A DNA stretch of 64,000 nucleotides, from the NCBI GenBank assembly GCA_963759645.1, contig CAVXAI010000013.1, positions 149,571 to 213,570 on the forward strand. Direction: 5' to 3'. Below are positions 9,867-20,428 of the stretch, one piece after another. The position numbers and the translations under genes are program-made. This stretch comes from an uncultured Acidimicrobiales bacterium. Its GTDB lineage: Bacteria > Actinomycetota > Acidimicrobiia > Acidimicrobiales > DATKAS01. Each line of letters starts with the position of its first letter. The stretch's first letter is position 1. The notes beneath the pieces were generated by a model. It made no database searches. It was not told the origin of the DNA and was given only the letters and a program-made list of their open reading frames with translations.

Positions 9867-9925
9867 GAACTGACGCTAGCGAGGGTCTGTGTCGTCCCAG
9901 CGGCGAAAGGGCAATACTGGGCGAT

Positions 9926-11158
9926 GTGACGACTGCCGCATCGCCTCGCAACGAGTGGCGCCAGCAGACTCCGGGCTCGGCGTCATGGCCCCGAACCGCT
10001 CACCCCGACGACCCGAACAAGTTCTTCATGGTGTCGAGCGACTGCCACGCGAACGAGCCAAGCGCCTACCTTGCCGAGTACATCGAACCGGAGTACCTCC
10101 CGCGGATCCCCCACATCGAGGTGCGCGACGACGGATCCCAGTGGTCGGTCACCGAGGGGAATCGGCCGATGATGATCAAGCCGGCCGACGCGGTGGCCGC
10201 GAAAGCGACAGGCGAACAACGTCATTGGGGCTCGCGCATGGAGCCCGAGGATGTCCTGCGTAACTCCACCGGCCGCACCATCGCCGAGCGCCTCGCGGAC
10301 CAGACTGCCGACGGCGTCGACATCGAGCTCATCTTCCCGAACAAGGGGCTCCTCTGCTGGGCAACACCCGATCCGGTCTTCGCCGACGCGATGTGCCGCG
10401 CCTGGAACCGGTGGGCCTACGACTTCCACGGCGGCGAGGGCGGCTGGAACAACGGACGCACGCGCCCGCTCGCCTCTATCGCCGCCGGGGACCTGGATTG
10501 TGCGGTGGCCGAGGTGACCTGGGCCGCGGAGCATGACTTCGTCGGCGTGTGTCTCGGCAACTCCCCGATCTACGGGCCCAAGGTGTGGGGTCACGTCGAG
10601 TACAACGACCCGGTCTACGAGCCGCTCTGGTCTCTCATCGAAGAAGCGGGGCTCCCCCTCACCTTCCACGTGTCGACCGGCCGCGACCCACGCGCGGTCG
10701 GAGGCAACGGCGGCGCGATCATCAACTACGTGTGCCACTCGATGGAGACGACCATCGAGCCGCTGGTGCAGCTCATCACGTCGGGTGTGTTCGAGCGGCA
10801 TCCCGCGCTGCAGGCGGGGCTCGTCGAATCCGGCATCGGCTACGTGCCGTGGCTGCTCGAGACGATGGACTACGCGTACAAGGCGCACCACTTCTGGGTC
10901 CGCCCGGTGATCCCAGAGCTCCCTTCGGCCTACTTCCGTCGGCACTGCTTCGCGACGTTCCAAGAAGATCACGCCGGCATCGACGCGGCGGAGGGTTACG
11001 ACCTCGTCGACAACCTCATGTGGGCCAACGACTATCCGCACCACGAGGGGTCGTGGCCGTTCTCGGCCGCATCGATCGAGCGTCAGATGGCGAACCTCGC
11101 CGATGGGTCCCGGGCCAAGATCCTCGGGGGCAACGCCGTCCGCGTGTTCCGCCTGTAG
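9926..11158 (+). CDS. Amidohydrolase_2 (ACMSD-like) family metal-dependent hydrolase/decarboxylase
   Basis: The GTG at 9926 gives about 410 aa with FMVSSDCHANEP, LTFHVSTG and MWANDYPHHEGSWP. The stop is TAG at 11156-11158. Confidence 0.8.
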   Translation: MTTAASPRNEWRQQTPGSASWPRTAHPDDPNKFFMVSSDCHANEPSAYLAEYIEPEYLPRIPHIEVRDDGSQWSVTEGNRPMMIKPADAVAAKATGEQRHWGSRMEPEDVLRNSTGRTIAERLADQTADGVDIELIFPNKGLLCWATPDPVFADAMCRAWNRWAYDFHGGEGGWNNGRTRPLASIAAGDLDCAVAEVTWAAEHDFVGVCLGNSPIYGPKVWGHVEYNDPVYEPLWSLIEEAGLPLTFHVSTGRDPRAVGGNGGAIINYVCHSMETTIEPLVQLITSGVFERHPALQAGLVESGIGYVPWLLETMDYAYKAHHFWVRPVIPELPSAYFRRHCFATFQEDHAGIDAAEGYDLVDNLMWANDYPHHEGSWPFSAASIERQMANLADGSRAKILGGNAVRVFRL

Positions 11159-11179
11159 TGCACGGCCTGTAGTGCACGG
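11152..11179. repeat. Perfect 14-bp tandem duplication (cctgtagtgcacgg x2) spanning a stop/start junction
   Basis: Read directly from the sequence. 11152-11165 is identical to 11166-11179. Copy 1 carries the amidohydrolase TAG stop. Copy 2 carries the in-frame GTG start of the thiolase. Confidence 0.95.
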
Positions 11180-12326
11180 CAGAGCCGCCGTCGTCGGTGT
11201 GGGCGAGTCGCGCTATTACAAGCGCGGCGAGGCGCCCGACACCGAGTTCCAGTTGGCGTGCACAGCGATCCGTAACGCGGTCGAGGACGCCGGACTCTCG
11301 ATGCGCGACATCGACGGCGTGGTCGCGTACATGGAGCGCAACGAACCCGTACGCCTGAGCGCGGCTCTTGGTATGGGCGACCTCGACTTCACCGCTCAGA
11401 CCTTCGGCGGCGGCGGCAACGGCGCGGGCGCGGCGGTCACGATCGCGGACGCCGCGATCACAGCGGGCTACGCCGAGTGCATCGTCGTGTTCCGTTCGCT
11501 CGCGCAAGGCCAGTTCGGGCGCTACGGGCAGTCCGGGCGGGCCCGACGATCTCGCGGGGCGGGCGCGTTCACTGTTCCCTACGGCCTGCAGACGCCCGCC
11601 CAGATCTGCGCGATGCAGACGCACCGGTACATGTATGACCACGGCATCACCCAGGACAGCCTCGCCGAGGTCGTGCTTGCCTCCTACGCCCACGCCCAGC
11701 GCAACCCCCGCGCGATCCGGTATGGCACGCCGCTGACGCGAGAGGAGTACCACGCGTCACGATGGATCGCCGAGCCGCTGCACCTCTACGACTGCTGCCC
11801 GGAGAACGACGGGGCTGCGGCGATCGTCGTCTCGAGCGCAGAGCGGGCGCGTGACGTGCGCACGCGACCGGTAGCGATCGTTGCCGGCGCCCACGGGCTC
11901 GAGCACCGCGACGGCGTTGCCGCGTTCGGCGAGGCGAACTTTCCCACCGCGCATCACCGCCATGTCGGTGAACAGCTTTGGAGGCGATCGGGCGTGTCGC
12001 CTCGCGACATCCCGGTCGCGCAGTTCTACGAGAACTTCACCGGCCCGGTGCTGATGGCGATCGCCGAGATGGGGTTCTGCGAGGCAGGCGAGCTGAATGA
12101 GTTCGTCGCGGACGGCAACATCCGGTGGCCCGGCGGCCGGCTGCCGATCAACACGAGCGGCGGCAACCTGGGCGAGGCTTACATCCACGGGTTCGGCAAC
12201 GTGCTCGAGGCGGTGAGGCAGATCCGGGGCGAATCGACGTGTCAGGTGGAAGGCGCGGAGCTCAGCCTGTCGGTGTCCGGCCCGGGGTACGCACCCGGCA
12301 GCGCTGTCCTGTTCGGAACGCTCTGA
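11172..12326 (+). CDS. SCP-x/nsLTP-type thiolase-like protein
   Basis: VHGRAAVVGVGESRYYKRG..., CCPENDGAAAIVV and NTSGGNLGEAYIHGFG are present. It is followed by its usual DUF35 partner. Confidence 0.85.
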   Translation: MHGRAAVVGVGESRYYKRGEAPDTEFQLACTAIRNAVEDAGLSMRDIDGVVAYMERNEPVRLSAALGMGDLDFTAQTFGGGGNGAGAAVTIADAAITAGYAECIVVFRSLAQGQFGRYGQSGRARRSRGAGAFTVPYGLQTPAQICAMQTHRYMYDHGITQDSLAEVVLASYAHAQRNPRAIRYGTPLTREEYHASRWIAEPLHLYDCCPENDGAAAIVVSSAERARDVRTRPVAIVAGAHGLEHRDGVAAFGEANFPTAHHRHVGEQLWRRSGVSPRDIPVAQFYENFTGPVLMAIAEMGFCEAGELNEFVADGNIRWPGGRLPINTSGGNLGEAYIHGFGNVLEAVRQIRGESTCQVEGAELSLSVSGPGYAPGSAVLFGTL

Positions 12327-12327
12327 C

Positions 12328-12765
12328 GTGGCAGCGCTGCCCGCCGACTGGGGCGTGCCTGAGCTCGACGCCACGAGCGGCGCCTGGTTCACCTCGGGAG
12401 CCCTGGCCGTGCAGCAGTGCGCGACCTGTGGCGTCCTGCAGCATCCACCCGAGGAGGTCTGCCATCGGTGCGGCGGGACGTCGTTCGACGTGAACGTGCT
12501 CGCGCCGCGCGGCACGGTGCACAGCTACACCGTCGTGCACTACGCCGCGAACCGCGCGCTCGTCGACGCTGTGCCCTACACGGTCGTGCTCGTGAGCCTC
12601 GACGACGCTCCGCACCTCCGCGTGGTGGGGAACATGGAAGGCGACGTCGAGATCGGCATGCCCGTCGTGCCGTACTGGGAAGAGCGCACCGCCGAGGACG
12701 GCACCGTCGTGCTCCTTCCGCAGTGGAGAAAGGCCAGGTCGGAGCCCGACGCGTCTCGTTCCTGA
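12328..12765 (+). CDS. Zn-ribbon/OB-fold protein (DUF35 family), thiolase partner
   Basis: It has CATCGVLQHPPEEVCHRCGG (a 4-Cys ribbon) followed by the OB-fold segment GTVHSYTVVH...VVLVSLDD. Confidence 0.85.
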   Translation: MAALPADWGVPELDATSGAWFTSGALAVQQCATCGVLQHPPEEVCHRCGGTSFDVNVLAPRGTVHSYTVVHYAANRALVDAVPYTVVLVSLDDAPHLRVVGNMEGDVEIGMPVVPYWEERTAEDGTVVLLPQWRKARSEPDASRS

Positions 12766-12788
12766 GCCGCGGGGGAACGATCCGGCGA

Positions 12789-14239
12789 ATGGACCGAACG
12801 CGCCCTCCCGCGAGTCTCAGTACCGTTCCCCCAGCCCATGAGGTGCAAACGGTGAACCACTCCAGCGAGTCACCGCTCGTGATCGTCGCGAACCGGCTCC
12901 CGGTCCAGGCACCCGCCCGCGGCCGGGGGCCGTGGACCCGATCACCAGGAGGTCTCGCCGACGCGCTGCACAACACGCTCGTCGATCGCGGCGGCGTGTG
13001 GATCGGCTGGCCGGGTGGCCGGCAGACGGTTGGCCTCCCGAAGGATCTCGGATACGACCTGCAACCGGTCGCGCTCGACGCCGGAGACCTGCGCGGCTAC
13101 TACGACGGCTTCTCGAACGCGACGTTGTGGCCGCTCTACCACGACGTGATCAGGCAGCCCGTGTATCACCGGGCCTGGTGGCACGACTACCAACGCGTGA
13201 ACGCACGCGTTCGCCGATGCGGTCGCCGCGACTGCGGCGCCGAACGCAGCAGTGTGGATTCACGACTACCACCTGCAGCTCGTCCCCGCGCTGGTGCGCG
13301 AGCGCCGGCCGGATCTTCGCATCGGGTTCTTTCTGCACATCCCGTTTCCTCCCGCCGACCTGTTCGCGCGGCTTCCGTGGCGCCAGGAGCTTCTCGACGG
13401 CGTCGCCGGTGCGGACCTTGTCGGCTTCCAAACCCCACGTGACGCCGACAACTTCTGTGAGGCCGAGGGGCGGTTCGCCAACCGGAATCGCGCGAGCTAC
13501 CTCCGGAGCACGACGAGCGACAAGCACATTGCCGCTTTCCCTGTCTCCATCGACTACGAGCACTGGAACGAGATCTCGCATCTCCCTGAGGTGGAGAAGA
13601 GGGTGATCGAGCTACGCGAGCAGCTGGGCAACCCACGTGCGGTGCTGCTGGGCGTCGATCGCCTCGACTACACGAAGGGCATCGAGCAACGACTTCACGC
13701 GTTCCGCGAATTGCTCACCGAAGGCCGGCTCGCGGTGCCCGACGCCGTGTTGGTGCAGGTTGCGAGCCCGAGCCGCGATCGCGTCAGCGCCTATCGCAAC
13801 GAGCGGGGGCGCATCGAGCAGCTCGTGGGCGAGATCAACGGCGACTTCGCGCGAAGTCGGAACCCCCGCGGTCCACTACATCCACCAGCCGCTCGAACCG
13901 GCCGAGGTCGCGCCGCTCTACCAGGCCGCCGACGTGATGCTCGTCACCCCGATCCGCGACGGTATGAACCTCGTCGCCAAGGAGTTCGTCGCCAGCCGGT
14001 ACTCCGACCACGGCGTGCTGGTGTTGAGTGAGTTCGCGGGGGCCGCGCACGAGCTCACCGACGCCCTCCTCATCAACCCGCACGACATCGAGGGAATCAA
14101 GCGCGCGATCCTCACCGCCCTCTCGTTGCCGGAGGAGGAGGTCATCCGGCGCATGCGAGCGTTGCGTACGACGGTCAAGCAGCACACGGTCTTTGACTGG
14201 GCAAAGCGCTTCCTGGACGCCCTCGCCCTGGCAGGCTGA
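12789..14239 (+). CDS. otsA: Trehalose-6-phosphate synthase (GT20); frameshifts near 13211 and 13850
   Basis: Motifs LVIVANRLP, GGLADAL, VWIHDYHLQLVPALVR, FFLHIPFP, VTPIRDGMNLVAKEF and LVLSEFAGAA are spread over ORFs 12417..13442, 13252..14031 and 13637..14239. Confidence 0.85.
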
Positions 14240-14243
14240 ACAC

Positions 14244-16827
14244 ATGGTCTCGGCGGACACCGATACACCGGAGCGCCCACCCACCGCGTCCGCGCTCGGC
14301 GACGTGGTCTCGGCGCCGATCCTGCTCATCGCGTGTGACTACGACGGGACGATCGCGCCCCACGTCGACGACCCCGCCCGTGCCCTGCCCCAACGCGAGT
14401 CGATCGTCGCCTTGCGCTCGCTCGCATCGCTCCCCGACACCCATGTCGCCGTGATCTCAGGCCGGTCGTTGCGGGACCTGGCCGCACTGAGCCGGTTGCC
14501 GCCCGAGGTGCACCTCGTGGGGTCACACGGCTCCGAGTTCGAGCCCGGGTTCGCTCAGGACCTCCCCGACCAGGTGCGATCCGCGAGACGCAGCGTGATC
14601 CAGCAGCTCGACGAGATCGCAAGCCGGACCCCGGGGGCAATCGTCGAACGCAAGCCGGCGAGCGTGGCCTTCCACTACCGCCAGGCGGCTCCGGCCGCCG
14701 CGGCGGCGGCCGTGAAGGAGATCCTCGACGCGGCGGCGACCCAGCCGGGCGTCACTGCGAAGCACGGCAAGATGGTCATCGAGCTCTCCCTCGTCGACAC
14801 CGACAAGGGCGCGGCCCTCACCCGCATCCGGCAACAGATCGGAGCGGAAGGGACACTTTTCATCGGCGACGACCTCACGGACGAGGACGCGTTCGCGGTG
14901 CTCGCCGGGCCCGACGTCGGCGTGAAGGTCGGATCGGGCCCGACCACCGCGGGCTTCCGAGTGCCCGACACCGACTCCGTCGCTCGGCTCCTCGCGGAGG
15001 TGTTCGGCCGGCGGCGGGCGTGGCTCGAGGGTGACTCCGCACCTCCGATCGAGCGGCACACGTTGCTCTCCGACCAACGCACGGTCGCCCTGCTCACGCC
15101 CGACAGTCGGGTCTCGTGGTTCTGCCACCCCCGCGCCGACTCCCCGGCTGTGTTCGCCGAGCTCCTCGGTGGACCGACGGCAGGGACGTTCGCGATCCGC
15201 CCCGATCCGAGTCGCCCTCCCCTCTCACAGCGCTACGTCGGCGAGACACTCGTCGTCGAGACCCGGTGGCCCGGCCTTCGAGTGACGGACTATCTCGATG
15301 TCGCGCACGGCCGGGTGTTCGAGCCGCCGGGACGCAGTGACCTCATCCGGGTCATCGAGGGCGACGTGAGGGTCGTGATCGAGTTCTCACCTCGCGTCGA
15401 CTTCGGCCGCGTGCCGACCCGCCTCGAGGTCGCCGACGAGAACCTTCTCCGCGTCCGTGGCGCCGGCGACAGCGTGCAGCTGCTCGCACCGGGCGTCGAG
15501 TGGGAGATCCTCGAGGACGGCCCGCACGAACGCGCGGTTGCGAGGTTCGACCTCAAGCCGGACGAGCCCCTGGTGCTCGAGATGCAGGTGGGCGTGGACG
15601 GGACGCCTCCGTGGCATGCGCCAGAGATCGACCGTCGTCGTTCGACGCTCGAGTACTGGAGCACATGGGCGTCCGGGCTCCGGCTGCCCCAGATCTCGCC
15701 CCGCATGGTCCGCCGCAGTGCCCTCACCCTGAAGGCGTTGTGCCATCAGCCCACGGGAGCGATCCTTGCGGCCGCCACGACAAGCCTCCCCGAAGAGATC
15801 GGCGGCAGTCGCAATTGGGACTACCGGTACTGCTGGTTACGCGACGGCGCGATCGCCGCCGATGCGTTGCTGCGGGTGGGCAGCCCACGCGAAGCACTCG
15901 GCTTCCTCGACTGGTTGATCGACCGCGTCGCCCACGTCCCGTCGGCCGAGCGCCTTCGCCCGCTGTATCCGCTGGCCGGTGACGAGTTCCTGCCCGAAGC
16001 GGTGATCCCGACACTCAATGGGTACCGGGGTTCGCGTCCGGTGCGCATCGGCAACCTCGCCGAGCACCAGCTGCAGCTCGACATGTTCGGCCCCATCGTG
16101 GACCTGATCCATCGGCTCGGAGACGAGGGCATGTTCCTCACCGATCGCCTGTGGGACCTCACCAAGGCGCTCGTCGATGCCGTGTGCCAGCGCTGGCGGG
16201 AGCCTGACCACGGCATCTGGGAGGAGCGCCGCAATCCTCGCCACTACGTCGTGTCGAAGCTCCAGTGCTGGGTGGCGCTCGACCGCGGCCTCAAGATCGC
16301 GCGCAACACCGGCCGCGCACCGAACCCCGACTGGGCCGCGACGTGCGAGGAGATTCGCGAGGAGATCCTCACGAGGGGGTGGAACCCCGAGATCGGGTCG
16401 TTCTCGGTCAGCTACGACGACGACGACGTCGACGCCGCGATCCTGCAGATCGCGTTCGTTGGGTTGCTGCCTCCGGATGATCCCCGGGTGATCTCGACTG
16501 TCGCGCGCGTGGAGCGAGTGCTCCGCGAGGGCGAGGTCGTGTTCCGATACCGGCACGAGGATGGTGTGTCGGGTTCGGAGGGCGGCGGGTTTCTGCTCTG
16601 CGCGGCCTGGCTGATCGAAGCGTTCGTCGCGATGCGGCCGTGTCGACGACGCCCGCGAGCTGTTCGACCGCTATCTCGACCTCGCGGGCCCGACGGGTCT
16701 GCTCGCCGAGGAGTGGGACCGCACGATGGAGACCGCCCTCGGTAATTTCCCGCAGGCGTACTCACATGCGGGGTTGATCAACGCAGCAGTCGCGCTCGGC
16801 CGTGCTGGGAGCCGGCCCCTGCGTTGA
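14244..16827 (+). CDS. otsB: Fusion protein: trehalose-6-phosphate phosphatase (HAD) N-terminal domain plus GH15 (glucoamylase/trehalase-type) C-terminal domain; frameshift near 16633
   Basis: The HAD part has LLIACDYDGTIAP, GKMVIELS and FIGDDLTDEDAF. The GH15 part has SLPEEIGGSRNWDYRYCWLRDGA, HQLQLDMFG and EPDHGIWEER. After the join come GRVDDARELFDRYLDLAGPTGLLAEEW...GNFPQAYSHAGLINAA. The ATG at 14244 lies 4 nt after the otsA stop. Confidence 0.85.
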
Positions 16828-16851
16828 GGTACGAAGAGCTACATCGCGCGA

Positions 16852-17353
16852 TCAGAGGTCCGCGTTGGCCAGCGGTGACGAGACTCGAAAGGCCACCTCG
16901 CCGAGCCGGCGGAGATCCTCGGTCAATGCCGCCGTGCGGTCGCGGTGCGACGGGATGACCGTTGCGTACACCACATCCAGGACCTTCGGCGCCCGAATCA
17001 CCTGAAACCGCTGCTCGATCGTCGTGCCCGGGCCGTCTTCGCGGAGCGTGATCGCCCATTCGGTGCTATCGGGGTTGAGCGCGGTCGGGACGGTCCTCCA
17101 TACGAGCTCGTACGGCTCGGCGGACACGACTTCGCACACGCGTCCCCACCGGAACACACTTGCGCGGTTGCGACCGCGGAACCGCGCACCCGGACGAGCC
17201 TCGGTCGCGTCCGCCAGCCACTCGACGCTCACGCACTCGTGGCTCCACTCCCCCGTGCGGGTGACGTCGCGCACGACGTCCCACACTGCGCCGATCGGTG
17301 CGTTGCTCTGCACCTCGCAACGGCCCTGCTTCTGCACGCGTCGCGTTGGTCAT
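16852..17353 (-). CDS. SRPBCC (polyketide cyclase/dehydrase-like) ligand-binding protein; probable frameshift just after the start
   Basis: APIGAVWDVVRDVTRTGEWSHEC...WRTVP...EWAITL are present. The ATG at 17353 overlaps the TetR stop (ATGA) but is one frame off from the body, which begins at the GTG at 17337. Confidence 0.7.
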
Positions 17354-18006
17354 GAGGGTCTCCTTCCTCTCCTCGCTTCGGGTTGCATGACCTGCTCGAG
17401 CGTCGTGGCCATCCACTGCTCGTATTGCGCGGGCGTCCACCCCGAGATGTCGACGAGCAGCTCGTAGACCTCGGGGCTCGTGAGCGCCCACAGCCCGTCG
17501 CGCTCGGTCGGTGTCGCCGGGCGACCGAGGATCAGCGCCGCGCTCGCGGCCACGTCGGAGCGTTGCCGCTCCCGGGTGTCGCGAAGCACCTCGCCCATCT
17601 CCTGGTCGCTCGCCGCGGCCTCGCGAACCACCTTGCGCATCGGCGCCGTTCGCTCGTAGATGCCGGTCAGGAGGCGGGCCGCGGCGGCCGTGCGATCACG
17701 ATGGCTGCCAGTTCCCATCCGCGCGAATTCAGGTCGTTCGGCCACGGCGATCGGCTCGGCATCACCCACCACCGCGACATCGACCACTGCTTGCAGCAGC
17801 GCCCGCTTCGAGGAGAAATGGACGTACAGGGTCTCGGTGGCGACGCCAGCTTCGGCCGCGACCTCGCGCATGCCGGTACGAGACCAGCCCCTGTCGATGA
17901 AGAGCGCCCGTGCAGCATCGAGCAGCGCTCTGCGTGTCTCGGCGGCGCGGCGAGCCCGGAGCGGTGACCGGTACTGCCGACTCCTCGAGGCCTGCTTCGC
18001 GGGCAC
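17350..18006 (-). CDS. TetR/AcrR-family transcriptional regulator
   Basis: The N-terminal HTH reads AETRRALLDAARALFIDRGWSRTGMREVAAEAGVATETLYVHFSSKRALL. The ORF is an intact 218 aa. Confidence 0.9.
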   Translation of the reverse strand: MPAKQASRSRQYRSPLRARRAAETRRALLDAARALFIDRGWSRTGMREVAAEAGVATETLYVHFSSKRALLQAVVDVAVVGDAEPIAVAERPEFARMGTGSHRDRTAAAARLLTGIYERTAPMRKVVREAAASDQEMGEVLRDTRERQRSDVAASAALILGRPATPTERDGLWALTSPEVYELLVDISGWTPAQYEQWMATTLEQVMQPEARRGRRPS

Positions 18007-18023
18007 GAGCGACTTTCTAGCAC

Positions 18024-18034
18024 AATACAGTATT
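18024..18034. promoter_or_regulatory. Palindrome AATACAGTATT inside a locally AT-rich patch (18011-18060); candidate TetR operator or promoter
   Basis: It lies immediately upstream of the TetR start at 18006. This is the only conspicuously low-GC stretch in the region. Confidence 0.25.
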
Positions 18035-18121
18035 CACTACAAGTATGTTCTAGATTCTCGGGCTGACGCCTTCGCAGCGGCCCGTGGTGAGCGTGTCGGA
18101 TGTGTCGAATTCCGGCGACGA

Positions 18122-18148
18122 TGTCGAGAATTCGGCGCCTGCTCCGTC
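18122..18148 (+). promoter_or_regulatory. Candidate ECF42-type promoter TGTCGA-N17-CGTC upstream of the DGPF gene
   Basis: TGTCGA is at 18122-18127, followed by a 17-nt spacer and CGTC at 18145-18148, about 70 nt before the ATG at 18221. Further TGTCG(A/G)A copies occur at 18103 and 18094. The motif is recalled from ECF41/42 literature and was not computed. Confidence 0.35.
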
Positions 18149-18220
18149 TCAGGGGTGCATCCGGTCGGCACGGCCGACAGCACACAGTCGGCAGAGCCGA
18201 CGTCAAACTGGGAGGACACC

Positions 18221-18628
18221 ATGGCCAAGTACCTATTGCTCAAGCACTACCGAGGTGCGCCGGCGCCCGTCAACAATGTCCCGATGGACCAGTGGACGCC
18301 CGACGAGGTCGAGGCACACATCCGGTTCATGAACGACTTCGCAGCTCGGCTCGAGAGCAGCGGCGAGTTCATCGACGGACAGGCGCTGTCGCCCGACGGC
18401 ATGTGGGTCCGCTACGACGGCGAGGGGCGGTCGCCGGTGACCGACGGTCCATTCGCCGAAACGAAGGACTTGATCGCGGGATGGATGGTCATCGACGTCG
18501 ACACCTACGAGCGAGCGATCGAGCTCGCGGGTGAGCTGTCGGCAGCGCCTGGGGCCGGGGGCGAACCGATCCACGAATGGCTCGAGGTCCGGCCATTCCT
18601 GACCGCGCCGCCCAACTTCACCCACTGA
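18221..18628 (+). CDS. YCII-related DGPF-domain protein
   Basis: MAKYLLLKHY...SPVTDGPFAETKDLIAGWMVIDVDTYERAIELAGE are present. A GGAGGA RBS lies upstream of the ATG at 18221. Confidence 0.85.
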   Translation: MAKYLLLKHYRGAPAPVNNVPMDQWTPDEVEAHIRFMNDFAARLESSGEFIDGQALSPDGMWVRYDGEGRSPVTDGPFAETKDLIAGWMVIDVDTYERAIELAGELSAAPGAGGEPIHEWLEVRPFLTAPPNFTH

Positions 18629-18636
18629 CCCAATCG

Positions 18637-19793
18637 ATGAACACGGACGCAGTCGAGCTCCGCGAGCTCGTCCCACGAGTCTTGAGCGTCCTCGTACGTC
18701 GCGGAGCGGACTTCGCGACGGCCGAGGATGCCGTCCAAGAGGCGCTCATCCGGGCGCTCTCCGCGTGGGGGACGAGCCGCCCGCCGACCCCACGGGGTGG
18801 CTCATCACGGTCGCGTGGCGAGCCTTCCTCGACATGACGCGGGCAGATGCTGCTCGGCGCGACCGCGAGGTCCGATTCGACACCGAACCGCCGGCTGGCG
18901 CGATCCCGAGCGCCGACGAGACACTGCGCCTTTACTTCCTTTGCGCGCACCCCGATCTGACGTCGTCGTCGGCGGTTGCGTTGACCCTCCGAGCCGTGGG
19001 TGGCCTCACCACACGCCAGATCGCTCGGGCATATCTCGTGCCCGAGCCGACCATGGCGCAGCGCATCAGCCGCGCCAAACGCATAGTGAGTCGGGCCGGG
19101 GTCGATCGTCCCGGCGACGTAGGCACAGTGATGCGGGTGCTGTACCTCGTCTTCAACGAGGGCTATTCCGGCGACGTCGATCTCGCGGCCGAGGCGATCC
19201 GACTGACCCGGCAGCTGGTCGTCTTGGTGGACGACCCGGAGATCCACGGTTTGCTCGCCCTGATGCTCCTCCACCATGCCCGCCGCCGCAGCCGCACCCG
19301 GGCGGACGGAAGCATCGTGCCTCTCGCCGAACAGGACCGCAGCCAGTGGGACACAGGGCTCATCGTCGAAGGCATCGACATCGCCCGCGCTGCGCTCGCG
19401 CGCGATCAGCTCGGCGAATACCAGGCGCAAGCGGCGATCGCCGCGCTCCATGCCGACGCGCCGCGTGTCGAGGAGACCGACTGGGTCCAGATCGTGGAGT
19501 GGTACGACGAGCTACTCCGGTTCGCCGACACTCCGATCGTTCGGCTGAACCGTGCGGTCGCAGTCGGAGAGGCCGACGGCGCCCCCGCAGGACTGGCGGC
19601 ACTCGCCGAGATCGACGAACACGTCCCACGCCGCGAAGCGGTCGCCGCCTACCTCCACGAGAAGAACGGCGATCTCGAACTGGCGGTGCACCTCTATGCG
19701 AACGCAGCTCGCAACGCACCGAACCTCGCAGAACGCGACCATCAGACGCGCCAAGCCGCGCGACTCAACCAGCACCTGCAACACCACAGATGA
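18637..19793 (+). CDS. ECF sigma factor with a long C-terminal TPR-like extension (ECF42-type); frameshift near 18775
   Basis: Region 2 reads AEDAVQEALIRALSAW | GWLITVAWRAFLDMTR. Region 4 reads LRAVGGLTTRQIARAYLVPEPTMAQRISRAKR. An extension of about 200 aa follows (NEGYSGD...EYQAQAAIAALHA...). The gene is linked to a DGPF gene. Confidence 0.85.
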
Positions 19794-19821
19794 CTCGGAG
19801 CGGGCGTGAAGCGGTCAAGTC

Positions 19822-20358
19822 GTGTCTGGCGGGCAGGATGATCGAGTGACGACGCTGCACCTACTGCGCCACGCGAAGTCCAGCTGGGATGACGCGATGA
19901 TCCCCGACCACGATCGACCGCTCGCTCCTCGAGGTGCTCGTGCGGCTCGAAGGATCGCTGCCCATCTTCCGTCGGCAGGCATCCATCCGGACCTGGTGCT
20001 GTGCTCGTCGTCCCGGCGCACGCTCCAGACGCTCGAGGCGCTACGACCGGCACTCGGCGAGACGGCACTGGTGTCGATCGAACCCGAGCTGTACGGCGCT
20101 GATGCCTCGGAGATCCTGGAGCGGCTCCGGACCGTCGACGCACCGATGCCACAGGTCCTGGTGATCGCGCACAACCCCGGCCTCCAGGATCTCGCGATCG
20201 AGCTGTCTGGCGACGGCGATGCTGTCCTGCTGAACCGGCTGCGAACGAAGTTCCCTACGGGGGCGCTCGCGACATTCGACGTTCACGTCAGCTGGGCCGA
20301 GCTCGGCCGAGGCAACGCGCACTTGACACACCTCGTGACGCCGAAGGACCTCTCATGA
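19822..20358 (+). CDS. SixA-like histidine phosphatase family protein
   Basis: Motifs LHLLRHAKS...RPLAPRG...SSSRRTLQT...VIAHNPG are present. Confidence 0.8.
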   Translation: MSGGQDDRVTTLHLLRHAKSSWDDAMIPDHDRPLAPRGARAARRIAAHLPSAGIHPDLVLCSSSRRTLQTLEALRPALGETALVSIEPELYGADASEILERLRTVDAPMPQVLVIAHNPGLQDLAIELSGDGDAVLLNRLRTKFPTGALATFDVHVSWAELGRGNAHLTHLVTPKDLS

Positions 20359-20428
20359 ACGAGGTTGCAGGGATCCCGTAAACCCGGACGGCGCCCGCAA
20401 GTGTGGGCGCACGTTCGCTCAACGTTCA

